The notes under the pieces were generated by a model. It searched no databases. It was given only the letters and a program-made list of their open reading frames with translations, and was not told where the DNA came from. The position numbers and the translations under genes were made by a program. Shown one piece after another: positions 1-12,101 of a stretch of DNA of 57,704 bases. The first letter of the stretch is position 1. Every line of letters begins with the position of its first letter. Source of the DNA: Atractiella rhizophila (Eukaryota); NCBI GenBank assembly GCA_021432655.1, contig MU271338.1, positions 1 to 57,704 of the forward strand, read 5' to 3'.

Positions 1-192
1 CGCGTTGCAAGATGGATGAAGGATAGTATTTGGAGTGTACCTTTGCGTCAGACTTTGCGTAAATGCATGCAATGGGAACGTCGAAAGTGTAAGCCACATT
101 CAATAAACGCACAATGCGTCAACCATTCGATTTCCTTACTTCGCTACAGTGCTGATAGATCCCTTCTAAGAGATTTCCTAGGGGGTTTATTT

Positions 193-430
193 CACGCAGA
201 ACTGCCGGCCTTTGTAGTCAAGATTTTGGCAACAGATTGCCTTTTTTCATCATCTACTTCATCAATAGGTTTTCTGCCCGTGCTTCCTATCTTACTATGG
301 CCACGAATTCCAGCTCGTATGGCTTACCCTTGCCGTATTTCTCGACCAGCACGTGGTCGACACCTTCCTTCAACTTCTCACCCAGTTCCCTTTTCTGTTC
401 GTCCGTCCAAAGGATTTGATGATATTGATT
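193..430 (-). pseudogene. Decayed 3' exon paralogous to the methyltransferase at 5858-6865
   Basis: WTDEQKRELGEKLKEGVDHVLVEKYGKGKPYELEFVAIV, then an 8-nt insertion and STGRKP, aligns with WSEEQKKELKEKLKEALEQVLVEWHGSDSPFELNFVAVICTGRKP at 5858-6005. No upstream SAM-binding exons found. Confidence 0.7.
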
Positions 431-1074
431 ATTTTGGTGTTTTGTACGCGTGGCTCCAAGTTGGCTAAGAACATTGCGCACAAATGTGACTTATTCGACG
501 TGAAGCGTGCTCATTTAGTGCAACAATTCTAGCATCCCCATGGTTGACAGAACCATAAGTGCTCTTATTTCGTCAGTCTGAAGCTTGGACCATTCAATTG
601 CACGCGAATCGCAGCCTGTGAATTTGTGAAAGGAAAGAAGAAGGATAATTTATCATCTGCGCATACACAGGGAGGTGTGGCGTCTCTCTGTCTGTCTATG
701 GTCTGCTTTCGCGACAGTCAACACCTTGGTCTGATAATCAATCCTCAAAAGGCAAGCGTCACACGAGAGGCTTCTCCATATCGTGCTTCAAGCCCTTATC
801 TTACACTGCGTTATGAGAGTCATCGCATTGGCAAAGTGCCTTTTTCCTGAGAGAACGGAATCTGACACTGTTGTGAGATGCTGTGCTGTCCGCTTATTGA
901 GTCCACGAATGTCTAGGTATGATGTTTCTTGGATGCCTTTCCTTCTGCTCGAATGTTAATCATAAAGACGATTGTATTTATTGTCAGACTGCATGTGTTC
1001 AACCTATTACCTCCCGCCTGTGTTTCCCGCTCTTGCTCCTTAGTCTCCTTCCACGCTGATCAACGCACTCCCCA

Positions 1075-1760
1075 GTGGCAAAATTCACAGGTGCAAGCGT
1101 AGCCAGCCGGTTCGGACTGCATCCCATCCTGCGAGCAGGAATCGGTATGACCGACGGTTGGTCGTCCTTATCTTCCTTTCCCTCTCCTCCTCACCTTGGC
1201 CCGCAACGAGACAGGCATCCTCTCCTCTTCCCTAATCCTACAGTTCTGCGTCTCGGTCTGTTCAGGAATGAGAATACGCTTGATCCAGTAGAATAGTAAA
1301 CTCCCAAAGACGGTGGTTGTAGATGAAGTCTTTGTACGTCCCTCCCCTTTTCGCTTCCTTGCCTTTTATCTCTTATTCTTATTGGCATGGTGTGAGATGC
1401 AGATCCTAGGTCCATTATCGCTACTAGTCGCACAGCAATCGCAGCCGTCCACATGCTTGTGCGTTACCGTCCTATCTCACACTATATACCTTATCATGAC
1501 GCGGTGACGAAAGAGCAAGATTGGGTACACCCGTAGAGAACATCAAGCTCCGCCGGCTCGTTCCCAGGCCTTCAAAAGATCATGCGAGCCTTTCCCCAAC
1601 TGGAGATCTGGACTGCAGCCATCCATCAAGAAGTGCGTCCTTCCCCCTTCCATGTCTCCATGCCCCATCCCTGAAAACCTTTTATTGAGGTTGAATTGGG
1701 GTAGTGCAGCTTACGAAAGAAGGTATGATCTCCCCTGGACTAGGCGCAGCCATGCGCAGT
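1075..1760 (+). pseudogene. Uracil phosphoribosyltransferase (upp/FUR1-family) pseudogene fragment
   Basis: Motifs GLHPILRAGIGMTD, LGLFRNENTLDPVE, SKLP, IATSRTAIAAVHML (degenerate DPxIATGGT) and FPQLEIWTAAIHQE|LTKEGMISPGLG. Stop/frameshift at ~1294 and frameshift at ~1415. GT-AG introns retained (e.g. 1334-1402, 1633-1709). N-terminus not seen. Confidence 0.85.
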
Positions 1761-2336
1761 CATGATTCTTCATCCTCCCTTTCGGCTTTCGGCTTTCAGC
1801 TTTGTCTGAGATGAAGCCGCCAGCAGAAGCACTGGCGAGGCAGATGGCGAAGCGGCTGTGTTCTTAGGTTCGCTGTGTTGTAATTTATTCTTCTCTTCGC
1901 CACGGTTTTTTTCATGACTGGAGACTTGCAAAAATCCACGGCAAGTCTGGGCAGAGGCATGCACCTGTTATCACTACACACTGGCAGTTCACGTTCAAGT
2001 TGCTTCCAAGCTGTGCTATAGTAGGTTTTTGAGTTTTTTATGGGGTGGGTATGATCGATCATTCAACCAAACTTGATCTTCCTTCTGAGAGGTGAAGGCT
2101 AGTAAAAAGTAGATCGCGGGGTAGTGAAACGCTTAAGCGGAAGTCCAGGAAAAGCTCTAAAGCGTAACAATTAAGAGGAGGGACATTTATCAGCAAAAGA
2201 AGTCGTCATTGTGAGAACACTCCTATTTCTGAGACTGTTACACGATATCAATACGCCCAGTTAGAGAAATCATACAATCATGTCGGTTCGTTACATTCTT
2301 CGAACCATGGGCTCAGATGAGACCCAATCACAACCA

Positions 2337-4561
2337 TCACAATCCTTGCCGCGTCGCAGTCGGCGGGGCTGTATAAATTTCGGGATATCTGGACGGGTAC
2401 GGATATCCCCCATAGCCCTCGCGGGACTGCTGGTATTCGAAGGCTGGCGTCACGCTCAGCTGGTGCCTATTCGTCATATCGGTGACCTGCAATGCGTTCA
2501 CCTGTCCCATCGTGAAAGGTTGGAAGAATTGCTCCTGATCCCCCTTTTCGTACGAATGCAAAACATCCGAAGTTTGATAAAGTGTCGATGACCTATCGCT
2601 AATGGGTACGCCTATGGGAGAAGAGATGGACTCTCTGTTTGGCGGTTCGCTCGGTGGCGTTCTAGAACGTTTGTAGCGACGGCGTAGGCAGAACGCGAGA
2701 AGGAGGATGAGGATGAGTGCCACAGCCCCACCAACCGCGCATCCCACGATCAAACCCACAGAGTGGTGGGAAGGATAATCGGTGGCGGTGTAGCTTCCCC
2801 CACTGTTGGGGGCCGTTCCGTCCGTGCCAGGAAGGCCAGAACCGGCTAGAGAGCCAGAGTTGACTTGTTTAGCCTGCGCAAAACCGACAGAATGCGCTTT
2901 GTTGGCGTCAAAAGAGTAGGCGGTGTACCAGTTCTTCAGGAAGCCGGCACCAAGAATGGCCATGGGCGTACCATCGGTGTCTTGAGCCTGTCACCCACGC
3001 AGGGACAAAAAGGATTAGTGAATAAAATAGACAACGAAGGCGGGAGACATACGTCCGTGCTGTAAACGAAAAAGCTACACGAGTCGCTATTGTTATTGTA
3101 GAAGAGATCAAGAGGAGCTATGTCTACTTAACCATGTAAACACCGTTCCCAAGAAGCAATGGGAAGACGAAAACCTACCGTATACATGACCCAAAATTTG
3201 GAATCCCAGCCGCATCGTCGCCATGTTTGCACAGGTCGTAGTAATCTGGTATGCAGGTCCCCCATCTCCGACAGTCTGGATCTGGGCCCCAATCTCCTGC
3301 GCGTAGGCTTGGATGACAGACAGTGGGAGAGCCAGGTCATATCCCGCAGCAAGGAGAGCCCTACACTTCGTTCCGTCAATCGTTCGACCTCTGTAGGTCA
3401 AACCAGCGGTATCCACAGCCCAATACGAATCGCTCGCCACTGGGACCCACTTCAAATCTCCTCTGTAATGCTCAACGTTACTGCAACCGATACAGATTTC
3501 TCCGCCATCCGAATTGCTCTCATCGAAGTTACCGCTCGAGTCGGTGTTGAGGATTGTGTTCTGGATCGTATAATCCCGTTCGAAGAATATCGAAAAGTAG
3601 TTGTGATCGAGCGTCCCTCCGTTTCCAGCGACGAGATTCTCCATGAACGTACGTTGGTTGTTCCGTGCTTGCGCGAACCCAAGCCCAATGATTCCATCCG
3701 CCACCTGCCACTCAAAACTTAGCGTTGTGTGGTTGGCAAGGCCGAAGCCACTATCAGGGATGGTGAATCCAGCGATGGTGAGTGTATCTTGGGCTACGAA
3801 TCCGTCGGATGTGTACCCTTTCAGGTTTTAGGAAATGCATCAGAAAGGGGAAAGGTGGAAATTCAGCGGACACACCTCCACCATAGCTTATGTTCCTAAA
3901 TGCAGACGAATTAGACTGACTGGATGAAGGTGAAGGTTGAGCAGACGAACCAAGGGATTTGGGAACCGACAAAAGTGAAAGAAGCTGACGGTTGGAATTT
4001 ACGATGGGCAGTGGTCTATACAATATGCCAAACTTGTGTGTCCTCCACCGTAGGAGCAAAAAGCAAACGTACGTTAGCAGTCAGGTCATCTAGGAATTCA
4101 TCAGCTCCTTAGAGAACCATGGGTCTAACTGAACTCACAAACCCACAGATCAGATGATACAGCTTCCCGCACTTGAGTACGCTTTTATCGTGTAAGAAGG
4201 CACGTACTGTCAACCTGTAGGCAAGGCATGGGATCAGCGCCTCTTCAAGGTTTCTCAAGATGCGGGAGAAACTCAAACCTGGACAAGAAGACTTTGAGGT
4301 GGTGTACCAAGCTCCACCGTTGCAGCGTAAATTCCGTCCAGTGGAGGGCCTGTTTGCAATCATTAAAGGCTGTGATGCATGAAAAACGATCTTTGACATA
4401 CCATTGACTAAAGGCGCCGTCTCGGAAGCTCTCTTCCACGCTCTCTTCTCCTCCTGCCCAGCCTTGATACTCACCGAGTTCTTCAACTTTCTGGTCAATG
4501 AAATAGTATTGAGAGCAGAAGCCGCCTCCAACCCTGCGAGTAGGCACAAGAAGTGCTTCAT
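2337..4561 (-). CDS. Pepsin-like (A1) aspartic-peptidase homologue with signal peptide, C-terminal TM helix and cytoplasmic tail; multi-exon
   Basis: Signal MKHFLCLLAGLEAASAL. Pepsin-fold motifs VELGTPPQ, SSDLWV, DGIIGLGF, YWAV and ILGAGFLKNWYTAYSFDANKAHSVGFAQ. TM GLIVGCAVGGAVALILILLLAFCL followed by RRRYKR. Confidence 0.9.
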
Positions 4562-5857
4562 GACGAAAAACCAATATCCAAGGAGTTGGTGATGTGCCGT
4601 TGACGCGTTACTGGTTGCTGGTGGCTTCCATTGTCGCAGACAGAGCTTTTAAAGGTTTCTGCGTGTTCCACGAACAAAAAGGCGATTATGCCAAGTTAAA
4701 TATTGGATTGGATTGGATGGCACCTGTAAGTTGAAATGAATCTGAAGTAGCTGGGTGTATGGATGTTTTCCTCTACCCCCACATAACCCAAGTTCCCATC
4801 CTCCAAGAGAAGCTACCGAAGCCTTTAATCTTAAAACAACAAACTCAGCGAAGGCGGGGATCCCGCATAAACCCGGCCGATGGGTTTTGAAGGTTGCTTG
4901 AACCTCGAACTGTTCGAATCAAGATCACATTCCGATTCGTTGAATTCACTGTTTCCCGCAGAGAGAAAGAAAGGAGGCTAAAGTCGAACCTGAAATCGAC
5001 GCCGTACTGCAAGGAATGCTAACGGCGATGCTTTGAACGCCTTGAACATGAGAGGGAATATCGTAACGTCCTTTAAATTATCGTTGCATGATCCGAAGAA
5101 TTGGCTTGACATGCAGTTGTCTAGAGTCTCTAGCTTGGCATCCCTCCACTCCCAGGTTTAGAGAATCATGCACATAGATCAATATGAGGCTCCTACGGCT
5201 ACGTGCGGAGAAGGCTTCGACATGGCGATTCCAAGCAGGCGGGATTTCCTATTTGGAAATTTGGAAAGCGGTGTAGAAACTAATTTGAACATTGCAAGCT
5301 AACAAACTCCAGTTTTCTACACCAAAAAGCCGCAAGCTGTTGCCCTTTGCCTCTCCTTTGCATACGGCGCATACGTTAAAGGTGCAAGGTAGGTTATTGG
5401 CCTAATGGGAGGTTAAGTCTTTCAATGACGACCCATTCGAGATTGCGATAATCACAGTACGGCGACGCATCGAGGTTATGACCTGTGTTTAGCTCCTGGT
5501 TTTTTGGGCCTAAAGGTAAAACAAGCACATTTGCTCAACTAGCTGGTGTGCTATCCAAAACGTGCTTGCTTCTTATGCACCATAGCTTTCGATGTGTTCT
5601 CACAGGAATTATTTATTCTGTGCAGAAAGAGACAAATAACATTCCTAAATTCTCAAATCCAGTTTGCCAATTGTTTTCCCAATGTCTTGCATAGAATTTT
5701 CCAGCGCTCAAGCCCGTACGATGTCCAATGCTTGTTGCGTATGCGAGTCAGTTCTCTCAGAAAAAACAGGCGATAATGCGATCAGAATTTCTTTGGTAGA
5801 CTTGATGTCTGTTCGAGAGGCGTCGCTATGGTGGTGCATAGGTCTATACAGTCCATC

Positions 5858-6865
5858 TTAATTTGCAGTTGGTTTCCTTCCAGTACAAATGACAGCGACA
5901 AAGTTGAGCTCGAATGGCGAGTCACTCCCGTGCCACTCGACTAGCACTTGCTCAAGGGCTTCCTTCAGCTTTTCTTTCAATTCTTTCTTCTGTTCTTCAG
6001 ACCAAGCCATGGTCATCAAAGCATCGGTTGCTCATATGCAAATGTGTGAGCGCTGTCCACCTTGAACTTGCACGGGTAGAGTTCGACTTGGACGTCTTCG
6101 AGAGATAGAGGCGGCGACTGTACAATTTGGGATGTATTCAGATGAATACCGGTCCCCGGTCCTGACCGAAAGCCTGGTGGGGTCTTGAATTGCTGGTGGC
6201 CCGGGAGACGAGATATTGCTTCGTTCGCTGGTGGAAACCTGTCAAGCCGTCCATAATCCGGATAGGCTTAATTGAAAAGTAACGAGAACGCACCACCCAA
6301 GGCTATTCCAGGTTGTGAAGCCAATGACTCCTCCTGGCTTTGTCACTCGTATTGCCTCTAAAACTCAAGTCAGTCAATCAACATACATTGATTTGAGGTT
6401 GCAGACCTTGTATTGCTTTCACAGGTTCCGGAACCATCATGAAGCAGAAGTTGGTCAGTGCGTGAGAAAAGGTGTTGGAAGGAAGTTTGAGATCCTGCCA
6501 GATTGTTAGCGAGGAAGAATCAGAAGTACTAGGAGATGGCACACCATTGCGTCAGCAACCTTCGTCGATACATTGTTCCAGCCCTCCTCTTTGATTCTCC
6601 CGTCAAGGATGTGAAGCATTGCCTGGCTGATGTCGGTTGCAGTGATTTCGACATTTTCGAAGTGCTTTTCATTCTTGATTAGCGCAGTGATGACTCCAGT
6701 CCCACATGCATTGTCCAAAATGTTGAGCCCTTCGAAAGGCAGAGGCTGGGAGAAAACGCCGCTTTTCTCCAGAAGGCGCCTTCCGGGAATCGAAGTGCCT
6801 CGCTCAAACTCGCGATATTGCAGAGCAATTTCAGAATTATGAAACTGGTCTGAAAACTTTTGCAT
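5858..6865 (-). CDS. Class I SAM-dependent methyltransferase (possibly frameshifted near 6015-6040)
   Basis: Motif I ILDNACGTG, ITATDISQAML, KVADAM, RVTKPGGVIGFTTW. Short introns. The last exon appears to change frame before MAWSEEQ. Confidence 0.8.
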
Positions 6866-7978
6866 GATGGTAAGCTTTTCCAACTGGTGTGATTGAAATC
6901 TCACGCCGTGTCGTGGGAAGGATGACGGTTCTCTCCATCCTTTTATGGAAATGTCATGCACAGGCCGCATAACTCGGCTAGGACCAACACCAGATGGCAT
7001 GTTCTTTCTGTTGTACAGTGTCACCATTGAACATTCATTCCCTGCCATCCTGAAGCTAGTGGCGACGAGCTGACTTGAATGTCCAGGATATCGAGAAGTC
7101 TATCCGTACAAATTGAGCTTATCCGTCAAGAGGCTCTGTCAATAAAGGGCTGGGATCAGTAGAAACGCAGCAAGGGACAGCGAAACTGCAGTGCTCGCGT
7201 CAACAAACTCTCATTTTAGGATGGCAGTCTGTTAATTTTCAACCTATTATCCCGAATGAACTCCTCATTGCAAGCTCAGATGATCGAACACAGCATAGAA
7301 GCCATATGCAGAAGCCACCTTATTGAGGCTGATGCTGATGATGAAGGTGTGAGTTGGGTTGGATCCAACAGAGATATCGCAACTGATAAAAGATCTCAGA
7401 ATAGAGATCCACTGACGGCCTGCTCCTCAAATTTGAGTACGCTTCATTGAGAGTTTTGTTGGATGTTGACCATACTACGAAGGTAGTCGTAAGGAGAGAA
7501 AGGCATTTCGAGCTAGACGTTTTCCTAGAAGAAATATACAATGCGTTGCTCGAACCCCCATTATTGTGAGTGACTATAGAGTTGGGCAACTGGTCTGAAA
7601 GCTGCTGGATACTTTCCAAAGAGAGCCGCTAACTTGGCTCAAACAGACCAGCAAGGAATTGCACTTTTCAGGTTTGTTACCACCATCTTTGGTAACTTAC
7701 AAGCTGAATATGAATGTAGGGCAGGTTGAGGGTCTAGATATGACCACTCTGGACGAGCATCACATTATTCCCTAGTTCTGGCTGCGATTGAGTATGTAAT
7801 CTTTGCACTTTGAAGCTTCTGCAAGCAGCTACTAAGAAACCTCCCTGTCAGAGTCAGAGGATGCAGTGTATAGTTGATCCATGCCAGCCAGTTTTGACAA
7901 TGGCGTGTTCGGGTACTATTCCGTTTCGTGACTGTTTTCTGGAAGAAATGAAGGCAGCATTCATTGAAGCATTAGACG

Positions 7979-9665
7979 CTAGATGTTACGTGCTTCCTCA
8001 ATTATCACTCCAAGGAGAGTGTGGTCTATGTTCACTGGCTGATCCGCAAAAGACTTCCAAACTTCGGTATTTTTTACTTTCGACTTTGACGAAGGCAACA
8101 CATCAACTTGTGGGCAGAAAAAAACGGGTCGGCGTACCCAATTTGTTGTTAAGTACTTCGCTACTTCGCGATACACATCCGGATAAGTCTTTGAAAACTT
8201 GGAGTTTAGTTCATAGACGGCACTGTAATTGCCAAGCTCGGTTTTGATTCTTTCCAGTGCTTCTGACTTTAGTTTCTCCAGACGATAACCTGCTCATTCG
8301 TACACCACGTCAAGGGTCAATCTCATACGATGCGAAGGAAGATCTACGGTCAGCAAGTTTGTAAATGGATTTCGGTGAAGCGACATCCGTCTTTTCCAGT
8401 CGATAGACCCAAGGAGCGTCCGAACCGTCCCCTCCATGCGGAGGGTGGAGTCGCTCAGCCTTCAAATTTGAGGAGAGAGGGCCAAAATGAATTGTTCCCG
8501 AAAGTATATAACGTAGCATGGCTTTATACGTGGTATACGAAGCACCCCGCACGTTTACGACTGAGACTGGGCGTTCCGTCTTGCGTGGTTTCTCCGTAAA
8601 TAGGTTAGCCGTCAAGAAGCCGCCAGTGATGCTTGAGAGTACTTACATAAAGCTTTCTGTATAGTCGGTCTCGCTCCTCGTCCGAATCTGTCTCTTCCGA
8701 ATCTGCATCTTCGGAAGGCTTCGTTTCCGTATCCTTTATAGCGGATTTCGCTTCAGGTCCAGCATCCGTGATCACCTTTGAAGTTGAAGACTCTGCCATA
8801 TCTGATTCAAACACTAGGTGCCCGTGATAAGTTGCTCAAACACAAGCCAAATTTGAACTCACTTTCTTCAAAATAATCACAGAAGTGACTTAAGATCTTC
8901 TTCTGAGAATAAATCTCCAACACCGTTTCATTCTCTTTTGCAGGAAAGCGAAATACGACGTCTGCGAAGTCGGCATCATCAAACGAAAGCATCAACCACT
9001 TCACATGGGCAGATAGTTCGACATGCTGAGGGCTTGAAGTTGCCGGTTTCGTGTCATGGGTAACATGGATTTCCAGAATAAGCAGATCCTGGTGTTTGAA
9101 TTAGATCCTAAAGTTGTAATATTGAGGTTGCCACATACACTGTTTGCAGTATCTTCGTGATCGAACCATGTACGATCTGGCACAGTCTCTTTTCCCCATG
9201 AAAGGCATCCGGGTCTGAAATTTTGGTCCATTGAGTAAGTGTCCCAAGTTTCAGCCTTGGTGCTTGTGTGTACCTAGACATGAAGTTACTATTTGATGCT
9301 CCGTGGGCACGAAGGGAGATTGCCTTGATACTGAAGGTTGCATTTTTTGGAAGTCCTGTCTTTGCACTGTTCAAATAGACCTCGACAGCTCCATTCTTCT
9401 TGATCTGAAAGTCGACCTGTAGGTGAGGAATCAAAGGGGGATTCCGGTCAAAATGACTTCACCACATACTTTCCATTGGCCATTACCAAACCAAGGTGAG
9501 GCTGTCTCCGTTGGACGATCTTTGAAGAGCTGTTTCACTCCAGTGAGCGTCCAGGTGAAGTTGAACTGAATCATCATTATTCAACAGCACCTCAAAGAGA
9601 GAAGCGGCGATAGTGCGCACCGTCTGAGTCTCCTTATTCTCGCTGGTACTCACGTCCGATGACAT
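7979..9665 (-). CDS. BTB/POZ-domain protein (basidiomycete type, multi-exon)
   Basis: FADVVFRF...EIYSQKKILSHFCDYF, MFESDMAES, VNVRGASYTTYKAMLRYILSGTIHFGPLSS and ASPKSIYKLADR. Confidence 0.85.
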
Positions 9666-10081
9666 TCTTGACAGTCTTTCGATTGACAGTCAAGCGCTTT
9701 GCAACTGGCAACTGTGGGATTAATTGCTTCTGGTGGCGTTGGGATGGTAGATTAAACCTGAAGCTCCAGCGGAGGCCGGAGATGATTAAATGACAGGATT
9801 TGGTGCAAGTCATAGAGCTTAAAACCTTGCAGTGAGCAGCAGACCTGTGTGATAGGTGTCAGAACGTGGAAGAAAGTCCGCCATCAGGCAAGTCACAGCA
9901 CCGACAACACGACAACATTAAGACCGTCACGGTGACTGCCCCCACCCTCCGAAAGCTGGTGAAGAGGGGTTACCCAGGTGGAAAGTTAGGGTTATGGAGC
10001 ACAAGGTCCTTCATTATGAGTGATAAAATATTAAACACAAACTGGAAAGACAACACTGGAATATCTTCAGGACTCTCAAAT

Positions 10082-10480
10082 CTATTTTTTCTTCGGTGCT
10101 TCCTCCTCATAAGGAGTCTCATCCCACACTGGCTTTGGCTGCGTCTTCTCCCATGCTTTCGTCCAATTGCTTGCATCGTCTTCTTTATCACCTTCCTTCC
10201 GTGCGTACTTGAGGAGTGCCTCCCTCGGGTCTTCATCACGCATCGAATCCCTCACCAAACCACGCACAATATGCTGGGTCGCACTCGCTCCCACGCTTCC
10301 ACCCTTTCCTGGCCCAACAACAGGTGGTTCAGGCCTCCTGGACTTGACAGGATCCATACGTTCTTTCTCCCTCTTCCGCTTGCTGCTCGCACTCCATCTG
10401 AGCAGACGAAGCGACCGACCCGATGTCCTTACTATCACCCATTCTAAACATCAAAGATCCATGATGCTTCTCGGGTATCC
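10082..10480 (-). pseudogene. WDR70: Isolated C-terminal fragment of a WDR70 (gad-1-like) homologue
   Basis: KREKERMDPVKSRRPEPPVVGPGKGGSVGASATQHIV...DEDPREALLKYA...WTKAWEKTQPKPVW resembles the conserved WDR70 tail. The upstream LMFR remnant is in another frame. No WD repeats upstream. Confidence 0.8.
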
Positions 10481-10536
10481 TTGGGACATTTCCGCTGTCC
10501 ATTCTTGTTCTTGCTACCTTGCTTATTTATGCACTA

Positions 10537-11189
10537 TGGGATGGGAGGTCAGTCACGGGACGACTTCTCAAATGATGGACCTCATCTTCGACATGGCACG
10601 AGAAGCACTGACCGCTACCGACCAGACCTTTGCGAGATTACCGTCTACTGGAAAATCCTGTGCTATCATCCTCGCTCGACTTTGCTTTACTTCCTCTTCC
10701 TTCGGAGCCCGAGTGCCACCTTCTTGCATTGGCTGTTGCAATCGACATCTGGACCCTCCGTTGAAGGCAGCCTTTTAGTGCCCCTTCCTTCGGTGTATGC
10801 AGATTGGCTACAGTGAGCCTTCTTTCTCATTACCCGACATGGACCAAGAGGTGTGGTGTAGGCTCTATCAATTCGCTGCTCGGGTGTCAATGCTAGAACA
10901 CGAACTGCAATACTTTCGAAACTCCCTCGCTACGACAGAGCAAATGAACAGAGCAATCCAAAGAGGCAGGACTATCCTTCAACGCATGATTTCGTTCAAG
11001 GAGCAACTGGATGGTGGCAATGATTTTTGCCAGTCGTATTGCACCACTAGCGTCCCAACCATTTTCGTGAACCTTACCGCTGACCTGCTCAACCTCAGGT
11101 ACAAATCTGTTTTTGTGATTCTCTCATCATTTACCTTGGCCGAATTATCCACTGTCGACCCGAAAGTCGTTACAGCTCCGAAATCGTAA
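10537..11189 (+). pseudogene. Unknown reading frame broken by one in-frame TAG (10776-10778)
   Basis: ORFs 10167-10778 and 10797-11189 share a frame. No family recognised. Confidence 0.3.
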
Positions 11190-11796
11190 CGACTGCAGCA
11201 ACAATCGCTCAATCAGGCGAAGACCCGTCATATCATATATTCCCTTGGTGTTTGCTTCGGCAGGGTTGGAAGCTTCCAAGCCACAAGATGTATGTCCTCT
11301 CTAACCAGAAACACTGCGATGATAATTGTAAACTAAAGTATCGCTGGATATCTGCGTGTTTTGATCGCATGGCTTCCGCTGGTTGGATTTCGTCAAAAGC
11401 AAAGCTGCTTATGGAAAAATACGTGAGGAAGAAGCAAAATTAGGACGAACTCAGCCGCCAGAAACCATTTACAATCGCAGCATTTGATTGCTTTCTGATT
11501 ATGATAACGATTTGATAAAGGTATGCACACGTTGGTCAAAAGCAATTCAAGTTAGATCAGTGTTGTATCAAGTTCTTTGTCAATTTGACCATTAGCTGTG
11601 AAGTCTCTAGATGTGCAAGTAGTTCGGTGACAAGGAATGATGAGTATGATTGCTAGTAGAATCGGGATGCGAACAAGGTGAACCTGGCTACTTTGCATCA
11701 GGCTTTGCTGGTGCATAGACTCCGAAGACTGGATCAGTCGTCCATATAATCTGATCCGTAGTCATCTTTGCCGATCCATCCTTAATCCCTCGAGGC

Positions 11797-12101
11797 GACC
11801 AGTTTGTGTCGATCAGTTTTAACTCCGACGGACTCCGCCTTTGGCGACAGTTCACGGCAAACTGGTCACGCCGAGGGTTTTGCGAAAGCGGCCGGAGGCC
11901 GCAAGCGAAAAATGGTTTTGCGCTTGAATTTTGAGAAAATTTGCTGCCAAAAAGAAGGTCAAAACTGGTCGACGAGTTTTATCGCCGACCAACTCCGACC
12001 CCTTGGGCGACGAGTCTGCCCAGTTTTCGACCAGTTTTCGACCAGTTTTAACCCCGACGGTCTCCGACCACTTGGGCGACGGGTCTGCTCCTATACTGGT
12101 G
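11797..12101 (-). mobile_element. Putative DNA-transposon terminus (CACTA/CMC-like) with a subterminal repeat array
   Basis: Three imperfect ~50-60 bp units (cagttttaac.ccgacg..ctccg.c..ttgggcgac), a tandem ccagttttcga, and dense CGAC/GTCG in both orientations. The minus strand begins CACCAGTATAGG at 12101, about where the GYF frame loses recognisable coding character. Confidence 0.55.

Noticed and set aside
7320..7619. 99-aa minus-strand ORF as a gene
   Set aside because: Non-ATG start, no family motif and no convincing exon structure.
11637..11757. C/D snoRNA candidate (ATGATGA...CTGA)
   Set aside because: No recognisable rRNA or snRNA guide; the D box is buried in a local 7-bp hairpin.
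11797..12101. CRISPR-like array
   Set aside because: The units are degenerate, with no unique constant-length spacers, the context is eukaryotic, and there are no cas genes.
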